Shown here piece after piece: positions 56,328 through 64,000 of a stretch of DNA of 64,000 nt (its first letter is position 1; each line of letters begins with the position of its first letter). The stretch comes from Trueperaceae bacterium. Lineage in GTDB: Bacteria; Deinococcota; Deinococci; Deinococcales; Trueperaceae. The stretch covers positions 640,001 to 704,000 of the forward strand of contig JAXHLW010000013.1 of the NCBI GenBank assembly GCA_034521815.1. The letters run 5' to 3'. The notes under the pieces are model-generated. The model was not told the origin of the DNA and ran no database searches. It saw only the letters and a program-made list of their open reading frames with translations. The translations under genes and the position numbers were made by a program.

Positions 56328-58564
56328 CGGTCGCGGACGCCGGCGCGGACCTGCGCCACCGCGCCGCCGAGTTCGGCCTGAGCGGCGACGAGTACGCGCG
56401 CCTGGTGGCCGGCCTGGGGCGGCAGCCCAGTCCGCTGGAGGCCGCCATCACCGGCGCCCTCTGGAGCGAGCACTGCGGGTACAAGAACTCGCGTCCGCTC
56501 CTGCGTCGGCTTCCGACCGAGGGGCCGCAGGTGCTTCAGGGCCCCGGCGAGAACGCGGGGGTCGTCGCGATCGGCCACGGCCTCGGCCTGGCGTTCAAGA
56601 TGGAGAGCCACAACCACCCCAGCGCGGTCGAGCCGGTCCAGGGAGCCGCCACCGGCGTGGGCGGCATCCTGCGCGACATCTTCGCGATGGGCGCCCGTCC
56701 GGTCGCGGTGCTGGACGCGCTGCGCTTCGGGCCGCTGGACCACCCCCGCACGCGCTACCTGCTGCACGGCGTCGTCGAGGGGATCGCGTCGTACGGCAAC
56801 GCGGTCGGCGTGCCCACCGTCGGCGGCGACCTGGCGTTCCACGACAGCTACCTCGAGAACCCGCTCGTGAACGTGATGGCGCTGGGCGTGCTCCCCGTCG
56901 AGCGTCTCCAGAGCGGCACGGTCGGCCAGCCCGGGAACCGCCTTCTTTACGTGGGCTCCCGGACCGGCCGTGACGGCCTTGGCGGCGCGGTGTTCGCCTC
57001 GGCCGACCTGTCCGGCGCCTCGGCCGCCGATCGGCCCGCGGTCCAGGTCGGCGATCCGTTCCTCGAGAAGCAGCTGCTCGAGGCGACCCTGGCCGTGATC
57101 GAGGCCGAGCTGGTCGAAGGGGTCCAGGACATGGGCGCCGCCGGGCTGACCAGCAGCGTGGCCGAGATGGCGCACCGGGCGGGCCGCGGCGTCGACCTGC
57201 ACGTCGATCGCGTGCCCAGACGCGAGCGCGGCATGACCCCGCTCGAGGTGATGCTGTCCGAGTCGCAGGAGCGCATGGTGCTGACGGTTCGGCCCGACCG
57301 GATGGAGGCGGTGCTGGCCGTGCTCGAGCGCTTCGAGCTGGACGCCGCCTGGATCGGCGAGGTGGTCGAGGGCGACCGCTTCCGGGTCCTGGACGACGGC
57401 CGGGTCGTCGCCGACCTGCCGGTCGCCCTGATCAACGAGGCACCCGCCTACGTCCGCGACCATCACGAGGACCCCGCCGTCACGGCCGCTCGCGAGACCG
57501 ATCCGGACCCGGAGATGCCGCGCGACCTCGGGGCGGTGCTGGACACGATGGTCGCCGCGCCGGGCCTGGCCTCGACCCGGCCGATCTGGCAGCGCTACGA
57601 CCATCAGGTCCGGACGGACACGGTCGTCGCGCCCGGCGCCGCCGACGCCGCGGTCATCCGCGTCAAGGGAACGCCGCTCGGGATCGCCGCGACCGTGGAC
57701 GCGAACCCGCGCCAGGTCCGCCTCGATCCGTACCAGGGCGCGGTGCTGGCGGTCGCGGAGGCCGCGCGCAACCTGTCCGCCGTGGGCGCGACGCCGCTGG
57801 GCGTGACGGACAACCTCAACTTCGGCAACCCCGAGCGGCCGCACGTGTACCACCAGATGGTTCGCGCCGTGGAGGGACTGCGCGACGCCTGCCTGGCGCT
57901 CGGCACGCCGGTCACGGGAGGCAACGTGAGTCTGTACAACCAGTGGCGCGACGGCGACGACGACCGGGCGATCGCGCCGACGCCGACCGTCGGCATGGTC
58001 GGCGTCCTGAGCGACGTGCGGCGCCACGCCACCACCGGGCTCAAGCGCGCCGGCGACCGGCTGTGGCTGATCGGCGAGACGCTGGACGAGCTGGGGGCCA
58101 GCGCGTACCTCTGGCACGTGCACCGGCTCGAGGTCGGGCGCCCACCGGCGTGCGACCTGGCGCGCGAGGCGGCCGTGCAGGCGGTCGTGCGCGAGCTGGT
58201 CGCGGACGGGCTGGTCGACACGGCGCACGACTGCGGCGAAGGCGGGCTGGCCGTCGCCCTGGCCGAGATGACGTTCGAAGGCGGTATCGGGCTGGCGGCC
58301 GACGTCGGCGCCGGCGCCGCGCCCGGGGTCCGTCCCGACGCGCTGCTGTTCGGCGAGAGCGCGTCGCGCATCGTGATCGCCGGGCCGGCCTCCAGGACGG
58401 CCGAGATCGAGCGGCGACTCGCCGCGTCGGACGTGCCCTGGTCGGTGCTCGGCCGCAGCGGCGGGGGCGACCTGGTGCTGCGCTGGCCGGACGGCCGGCT
58501 GCGCAGGAGCGTGGACGACCTCCGCGCCCGTCACGAAGCGCCGCTGACCGAGGCGCTGGCGTGA
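56324..58564 (+). CDS. purL: FGAM synthase subunit PurL (small type)
   Basis: WSEHCGYK, ESHNHPS, QDMGAAGL, SESQERM, GGNVSLYN. Confidence 0.97.
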   Translation: MTVADAGADLRHRAAEFGLSGDEYARLVAGLGRQPSPLEAAITGALWSEHCGYKNSRPLLRRLPTEGPQVLQGPGENAGVVAIGHGLGLAFKMESHNHPSAVEPVQGAATGVGGILRDIFAMGARPVAVLDALRFGPLDHPRTRYLLHGVVEGIASYGNAVGVPTVGGDLAFHDSYLENPLVNVMALGVLPVERLQSGTVGQPGNRLLYVGSRTGRDGLGGAVFASADLSGASAADRPAVQVGDPFLEKQLLEATLAVIEAELVEGVQDMGAAGLTSSVAEMAHRAGRGVDLHVDRVPRRERGMTPLEVMLSESQERMVLTVRPDRMEAVLAVLERFELDAAWIGEVVEGDRFRVLDDGRVVADLPVALINEAPAYVRDHHEDPAVTAARETDPDPEMPRDLGAVLDTMVAAPGLASTRPIWQRYDHQVRTDTVVAPGAADAAVIRVKGTPLGIAATVDANPRQVRLDPYQGAVLAVAEAARNLSAVGATPLGVTDNLNFGNPERPHVYHQMVRAVEGLRDACLALGTPVTGGNVSLYNQWRDGDDDRAIAPTPTVGMVGVLSDVRRHATTGLKRAGDRLWLIGETLDELGASAYLWHVHRLEVGRPPACDLAREAAVQAVVRELVADGLVDTAHDCGEGGLAVALAEMTFEGGIGLAADVGAGAAPGVRPDALLFGESASRIVIAGPASRTAEIERRLAASDVPWSVLGRSGGGDLVLRWPDGRLRRSVDDLRARHEAPLTEALA

Positions 58565-59991
58565 GCGGGTTCGTGAACGACCGTCCCGTCGAGGAGTGCG
58601 GCGTCGTCGCGATCCGCGTTCCCGACGCGGTCGAGGCCGACGTCGCCGGGATGTGTCAAATCGGGCTGTTCGCCCTGCAGCACCGCGGCCAGGAGTCGTG
58701 CGGCATCTCGGTCGCGGGCGGCGAGGAGTTCCGGATCGAGAAGGACATGGGCCTCGTCGCCGAGGTGTTCGACGAGCCCCGCTTGGACAAGCTGCGATTC
58801 GAAGAGGCCCGCGTCGGCGTCGGGCACACCCGCTACTCGACGACCGGGTCCAGCCTGCGCTTCAACGCGCAGCCGCTCACCGTGCGCAGCAACAAGGGCC
58901 TGATCGCGCTGGCGCACAACGGCAACTTCACGAACGCCCGCGCCATGCGCGACCGGATGCTGGGCGAGGGCGCGGTGTTCCAGACCACGAACGACAGCGA
59001 GGTGATGATCAACCTCGTCGCGCGCTACGCGCACCTCGACCTCGCGAACGCCACCGCCCGCGTCATGGGCGAGCTCGAGGGCGGGTTCGCGGTGGTGCTG
59101 ATGGACAAGGAACGGATCGTGGGCCTGCGCGACGGCCACGGCGTGCGGCCGCTGGTGATCGGCGAGAGCGACGACGGCACCGTGGTGTTCGCCAGCGAGC
59201 CCGCCGCCCTGGCCGTCGTGGGGGCACGGTTCGTTCGCGACGTGCGGCCGGGCGAGCTGGTCGTCGCCGACGGCCGGGGATTCCGGTCGATGCAGGTCCT
59301 GGCGCCCACGCCCACGCCGTGCGCGTTCGAATGGATCTACTTCGCGCGCGGCGACGGCGTGCTGGACGGTGCGCCTGTGCACGACGCCCGCGTTCGGATG
59401 GGGGAGCGGCTGTGGACCGAGGCGCCGGCCGACGCGGACGTCGTCGTCGGCGTGCCCGAGTCGGGGCTGGCCGCGGCCCTGGGCTACGCCCGCGCCAGCG
59501 GCATCCCGTACGACCTGGGGCTGTACAAGAGCCCGTACGCAGGGCGGACGTTCATCAACCCGAACCAGCGCCTGCGCGAGCGCAAGGTTCGGCTCAAGCT
59601 CGCCGCGACCGGCGCGGTCCACGGCAAGCGGGTCGTCCTGGTCGACGACTCGATCGTGCGCGGCACCACCTCGGGACGGATCGTCGGGCTGCTCAGGGAA
59701 GCCGGAGCGCTCGAGGTGCACTTCCGCGTCTCGAGCCCGCCGATTCGCTACCCGTGCTACTACGGGATCGACACCGCCGCGCGCAAGGAGCTGGCCGCGG
59801 CCACGCTGACGGTCGAGCAGATCCGCGAACGAATCGGCGCGGACAGCCTGGCGTTCATCAGCGACGACGGTCTGCAGCGGGCGATCGGTCTGGCGCGCAC
59901 CTGCACCGCCTGCTTCGACGGCCACTACCCGGCGGGGCACCCCGGCGACGACGCCGAGAAGGACGCGCTGGACGTTCTCACCGCAGGCTGA
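58561..59991 (+). CDS. purF: Amidophosphoribosyltransferase
   Basis: Propeptide then EECG, LQHRGQE, HTRYST, VDDSIVRGTT; Fe-S cysteines (PCAFE, PCYYG, CTAC). Confidence 0.97.
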   Translation: MSGFVNDRPVEECGVVAIRVPDAVEADVAGMCQIGLFALQHRGQESCGISVAGGEEFRIEKDMGLVAEVFDEPRLDKLRFEEARVGVGHTRYSTTGSSLRFNAQPLTVRSNKGLIALAHNGNFTNARAMRDRMLGEGAVFQTTNDSEVMINLVARYAHLDLANATARVMGELEGGFAVVLMDKERIVGLRDGHGVRPLVIGESDDGTVVFASEPAALAVVGARFVRDVRPGELVVADGRGFRSMQVLAPTPTPCAFEWIYFARGDGVLDGAPVHDARVRMGERLWTEAPADADVVVGVPESGLAAALGYARASGIPYDLGLYKSPYAGRTFINPNQRLRERKVRLKLAATGAVHGKRVVLVDDSIVRGTTSGRIVGLLREAGALEVHFRVSSPPIRYPCYYGIDTAARKELAAATLTVEQIRERIGADSLAFISDDGLQRAIGLARTCTACFDGHYPAGHPGDDAEKDALDVLTAG

Positions 59992-60016
59992 CGCGCGCCT
60001 ACCGCTCGCGCTTGCC

Positions 60017-60058
60017 GCACGCGCTCATCGCACGCGCTCACTGCACGCGCTCACTGCA
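60017..60058. repeat. 13-bp tandem repeat, 3 copies (GCACGCGCTCAYY), between convergent genes
   Basis: gcacgcgctcatc gcacgcgctcact gcacgcgctcact gca. Confidence 0.85.
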
Positions 60059-61877
60059 CCAGCGCCGCCGCCAGGGCGTACGTCTCGCCCCGCGTCAGCA
60101 CGCCCTCCCGCGCCACACCGGGAGGCCACAAGCCCACGCGCGCCAGATCGTCCGGAGCGTCTCCGTCGGGGCAGGGAAGCCCCAGGCGGCAGGCGGCGGC
60201 GCGCTGGACCGGGGCGACGCGCTCCACGAGGGCGGGACCGCTCACGCCCCCGTACGCCGCGACGAGGTCGACCGCGAGCTCGGGGCGCAGCGCGAACCTG
60301 CGGATCACGTTCGACGTCAGGTAGACGTGGCTCAACGCGCCCACCGGCTGGTCCAGGCTGGGATCGTTCTGATAGCCGCCGAGGGCGAGGCCGCGACTCA
60401 GCATCAGGCGATACGCGCCGAAGTGCGGATGCCCGGTCGGACCGACCGGAGCACGGTTCCTGGCTGGAGGAAGGTAGGCGCCGCGCTCTCGCAGCTCGTC
60501 GCGCACGCCGGCCAGGAAGGCCTCGTCGACCGACGCGAGCCGAGGGTCGCCGCCCCGCAGGGCGAGGCGTGCCGCAGCCACCCCGACACCCTCCGCGACC
60601 GCCATGCCCAACGGCACCACCCGGGTGCTGGCGTGCGCCAACGGGTCGTATCCCACGCTTCGTCCCACCGTCCACAGCCCCACGGGGCCGTGCTCCGGGA
60701 CGGCGACGCAGAGGGGCACGCCGTAGAGCTCGGGCGTGCCGAACACGAAGCCGGTGTCGTCGGGCGTGAGGCTCTGCACGTCCAGCGGGTAGCCCCCGAC
60801 CGCGACGTCCAGCGGCCCGGTGACGTTGTCGAGAAGGTGGTCGGCGTCCAGCACGCAACGAGCTTGCAGGTGCCGGGTCTCGCGGACGTAGAGGCGAGCC
60901 GCGACCGCGCCCAGCCGGGCGTCCGCGAAGCCGGGAAGCCGATCGGCCAGCCACGCCACCATGCGCTCCGCCTCGTCGGCCGCACGGGCGCGGGCGGCTT
61001 CCCGCGCGTCCGCATCGAACGGATCGACGCCGTGGATCAGCAGCGCGTTCACCCAGACGCCGCTCCCCGCGTCGCGTCCCAGATTGAGGCCGCGAAGCCG
61101 GATCGTCGGATCGCGCGACGGATAGTCGGCCGGGACGCCGCCGAACGGCCCCCAGGCGACACCGTCGTCGACGCGGGCCCAGCCCGATCCGCGTGCGCGG
61201 GCCGCGGCCCGCAGCGTGGACCAGTCGACGCCGTCGATGCGGAACACCAGCGTGTCGGCCATGCGGGCGTCGATCCCGAACGACGCCCACCCGAACGAAG
61301 CGCGGGCGCCCGCCGCGACGGCGTATCGAAGGTCGGCGTCACCGTCGACGACCTGACGCGCGGTCAGCGATCCGCCGTCCCACGACACGCCGACCACGAT
61401 CGCGGCGGTGGCCGTCGTGTCGGTCGCCGTCGTGTCGGTCGCCGCGGCCTCGGTCGTCACGATTCGCAGATCGCCCGCGTTCAGGACCACGCTCACGCCG
61501 GCCTCCGCCAGCATCTCGCCGAACACCCGCTCGGCCTCGGCAGGATCGAACGCGCCACGCCCGCCGACGCGCTGCCACCAGCGCTCGAAGATGCCGCGCT
61601 GGTACGGCTCGGGCGAGGTTCGCATGTCCAACACGTTCAGCGCGCCCAGCACGAAAAGGCCGCCCAGGCGAGCGTCCTGGCTCAGCAGGGCGGTACGCGC
61701 GCCGCTCTCGGCCGCCGCGATCGCAGCGCTGATCGCCTCGGGCTCCGAGCCGAGCACCACCACGTCGAAGCTTCGGCGTCCCTCCGTCGCGAGGGGCTGA
61801 ACGGCCTGCGCAGCGGCGACGCACGCCAGCGACGCCAGCGCCACGAGCGCCACCGCGACCCGGGACCGAACGCTCAC
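60051..61877 (-). CDS. Exported FAD-dependent oxidoreductase family protein
   Basis: Signal peptide; FDVVVLGSEPEAISAAIAAAESG, LGGLF, LYVRETRH, YPLDVQ, STRVVP. Confidence 0.8.
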   Translation of the reverse strand: MSVRSRVAVALVALASLACVAAAQAVQPLATEGRRSFDVVVLGSEPEAISAAIAAAESGARTALLSQDARLGGLFVLGALNVLDMRTSPEPYQRGIFERWWQRVGGRGAFDPAEAERVFGEMLAEAGVSVVLNAGDLRIVTTEAAATDTTATDTTATAAIVVGVSWDGGSLTARQVVDGDADLRYAVAAGARASFGWASFGIDARMADTLVFRIDGVDWSTLRAAARARGSGWARVDDGVAWGPFGGVPADYPSRDPTIRLRGLNLGRDAGSGVWVNALLIHGVDPFDADAREAARARAADEAERMVAWLADRLPGFADARLGAVAARLYVRETRHLQARCVLDADHLLDNVTGPLDVAVGGYPLDVQSLTPDDTGFVFGTPELYGVPLCVAVPEHGPVGLWTVGRSVGYDPLAHASTRVVPLGMAVAEGVGVAAARLALRGGDPRLASVDEAFLAGVRDELRERGAYLPPARNRAPVGPTGHPHFGAYRLMLSRGLALGGYQNDPSLDQPVGALSHVYLTSNVIRRFALRPELAVDLVAAYGGVSGPALVERVAPVQRAAACRLGLPCPDGDAPDDLARVGLWPPGVAREGVLTRGETYALAAALVQ

Positions 61878-63016
61878 GCCGCCACCCCCAGGAGCTCCCG
61901 GCACGACGCCGCGACCGTGGCGGCGGCGGCCGGACGTCCCATGCGCAGCGAGGCCGAGCGCATCGAGGCACGACGCTCCGGATCGCTCAGCACCCGCACG
62001 ACCTTGTGGCCGAACGTGGTCAGCGGCTCGATGCGCACGCCAGCGCCGTGCTCCAGCAGGTACGTCGCGTTCGCTTCCTCCTGCAGGGGGTAGGGCTGGA
62101 TCACCGCGAACGGCAGGCCGACCGCCAACGCCTCGCTGACCGTCAGGCCGCCGGGCTTGCCGGCGATCATGTCCGCCGCCGTCATCAGCGCCGGCACCTC
62201 GGTCGTGAAGCCCATCGGCCGGATGCGCACCAGGCCCTCGCGCGACTCCGACGCCCGGGTGGCCGCGTCCAGCAGCTCGGGGCTGCGTCCGCACACCACG
62301 ATCGCGGTCAGCGGCCAGCGCACCGACGAGAGCTCCTCGAGCAGCGTCGAGAGCGTTCGCCGGTCCATCCCGCCCGCCATCAGCAGCAGCAGGTCGCGGT
62401 CCGGCGGAACGTCCAGCGCTGCGCGAACCGTGGTCCGGTCGGGCGGCCGCGTGAAGCGCTTGTCGATCGGAATGCCCGTCACGTCGATTCGGCCTGCGTC
62501 CACGCCGCTGGCGCGGAGGTGCACCGCGACCTCTTCGGCGGCGACGAAGTAGCGCTCGATGCCCCTCTGGATCCAGAGGGCGTGCGCGCCGAAGTCGGTG
62601 ACGATGACCGCCTGGCGCGGGAGCGATGGACGACGCGTCGAAGAGAGGATCTCGGGCGGCAGGAAGTGGGTATGGACGATCAGATCGGGCCGGTACGAGG
62701 CGAGCACGCCTGGGAGCTGGTAGGAGACGAGACGCGACAGTCGGGCGCGCACGCGCCTGGCGCGGCTGGGCACCTCGCCCGGACTGCGGTCGAGTCGCTT
62801 CCCGAGCCAGTCCACGAAGTCGGGCGCGCTCCGCACCAGCTCGAAGTAGCTGCGGCGGTACAGACGCCGGAACGGCGCCGAGGTGTAGTCGAGCAGGTCG
62901 ACGTGGAGGCACGGATCGCCGCTGGCGCCGAACGCCGCCTCCAACGCCCGGCCGGCCGCGACGTGACCGCCACCGATCGACGCGGACAGGATCAGGACCC
63001 GGGGTCGGATGGACAC
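61874..63016 (-). CDS. MGDG synthase/UgtP family glycosyltransferase
   Basis: SASIGGGH, HTHFLP, VTDF..H..W, TGIPI, GKPGGLTVSEA, QEE.NA. Confidence 0.92.
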   Translation of the reverse strand: MSIRPRVLILSASIGGGHVAAGRALEAAFGASGDPCLHVDLLDYTSAPFRRLYRRSYFELVRSAPDFVDWLGKRLDRSPGEVPSRARRVRARLSRLVSYQLPGVLASYRPDLIVHTHFLPPEILSSTRRPSLPRQAVIVTDFGAHALWIQRGIERYFVAAEEVAVHLRASGVDAGRIDVTGIPIDKRFTRPPDRTTVRAALDVPPDRDLLLLMAGGMDRRTLSTLLEELSSVRWPLTAIVVCGRSPELLDAATRASESREGLVRIRPMGFTTEVPALMTAADMIAGKPGGLTVSEALAVGLPFAVIQPYPLQEEANATYLLEHGAGVRIEPLTTFGHKVVRVLSDPERRASMRSASLRMGRPAAAATVAASCRELLGVAA

Positions 63017-63078
63017 GCGCCAGAGTCTAGCAACTGGTCCTCACGGCGGCTCACCCGGCGGTGCTACCGTGGTGCGCG

Positions 63079-64000
63079 ATGCGCACCCACCTGCTCGCCC
63101 CCCTGCTCCTGGCCGTCCTGCTGGCCGCGTGCGCGCCGGTCGGAAGCCGGGAGCTCCACGAGGTCGTCCTGATCGATTCAGAAGGCGCGACCCGCCTTCG
63201 CTACGTGTACGGCAGTGCGGACACGCTTCCCCTCGACGGCCGCGACCTCGAGCTCGGTCGAACGGCGGGCGACGCCGCCGACGCCGCCGCGTTCGGCGTC
63301 CCCGGCGCGCGGCTCGTGGACGGAGCCCCGCTTCTCCGCGACTCGCTCCCCGCCGACTCGCTCCCCGCCGCGGTCGAGCCGCCCCTGCGCGTGGCGCGGA
63401 TTCCGCTCACCACCGATCTCCGGGTGGTGACCACCCGGGCGATCCCGCGCTCGTTCTACTTCGACGGGCAGCGTTGGTTCGAGCTCCCGCGCGACCTGAG
63501 CGCCGGGGTGACGGTCACCGCCGTCCCACGTCCGGTCGGTACCCCGCTCCGCGGCACGTCCTCGCTCACCCCGGCCGAGGCGGACGCCGTGGCCGCGGGC
63601 CTCGCCGAAGAGGGTCGCCCCCTGGTGGTCGCCGCGCTCGCCGGCGATGCGGCGGACGGCGAGGCCGGAGAGGCGGCGTCGACCGGGATCGGCCCGCGCC
63701 CTCCGGGCGGCTTGGACGAGTACCGCTACAGCGCCTACTGGGTGCAACGCGCGGTCACGACCGACCCGGACGCGTACCGCGCGCCCGCACGCCGGACGGT
63801 CTACGAGGTGATCGCGCGGGGCGACCAGGGTGTCGACCCGGGTCGTGACCGGTTCGTGCTGATCGACGACGCGGACGAGCTGCGATCGTTCTGGAACGCG
63901 GTCCAGGCGGCGTCGTTCCGGCCGGACGCCGTCCCCGAGGCCGACTTCGGTCGAGAGACCGTGCTGGGCGTGCGACTCTCGCAGCGCCCCAGCGGCGGCT
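63079..64000 (+). CDS. Lipoprotein with a probable C-terminal PrcB domain (partial, runs off the window)
   Basis: Frame open from ATG 63079 (MRTHLLAPLLLAVLLAAC lipobox) to the window end; ends DFGRETVLGVRLSQRPSGG, a PrcB_C-like motif. Confidence 0.75.
   Translation, partial: MRTHLLAPLLLAVLLAACAPVGSRELHEVVLIDSEGATRLRYVYGSADTLPLDGRDLELGRTAGDAADAAAFGVPGARLVDGAPLLRDSLPADSLPAAVEPPLRVARIPLTTDLRVVTTRAIPRSFYFDGQRWFELPRDLSAGVTVTAVPRPVGTPLRGTSSLTPAEADAVAAGLAEEGRPLVVAALAGDAADGEAGEAASTGIGPRPPGGLDEYRYSAYWVQRAVTTDPDAYRAPARRTVYEVIARGDQGVDPGRDRFVLIDDADELRSFWNAVQAASFRPDAVPEADFGRETVLGVRLSQRPSGG

Overview
Very GC-rich bacterial chromosomal segment. Gene content, gene order (efp-accB-accC-Asp23-nusB-folD-DUF212; purQ-purL-purF) and many leaderless TANNNT promoters suggest Deinococcota, possibly Trueperaceae-like (inference). 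It holds about 58 CDS and 4 tRNAs (Asp, Phe, Thr, Leu): purine genes (purN, purD, purQ, purL, purF), dxs, ddl, three peptide/nickel-type ABC systems, a Crp-P450 pair, manA, an HNH nuclease, secG and a prenyl synthase. I found no IS, prophage, CRISPR array or rRNA. The most notable feature is a minus-strand cluster at about 31.4-40.2 kb that looks like a complete (glyco)sphingolipid/ceramide pathway. It encodes a serine palmitoyltransferase-like enzyme, a bacterial ceramide synthase (bCerS/YghO)-like acyltransferase, a CPBP protease, an extended SDR (candidate ceramide reductase), a divergent MGDG-synthase-type glycosyltransferase, an MMPL transporter and an LPG-synthase-type flippase. Next to it are a GT4 and an FtsX-type ABC exporter whose promoter/5' leader is a near copy of the flippase leader. 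Three probable single-base frameshifts and two missing canonical start codons may be sequencing errors. All assignments come from motif recognition; no database searches were run.
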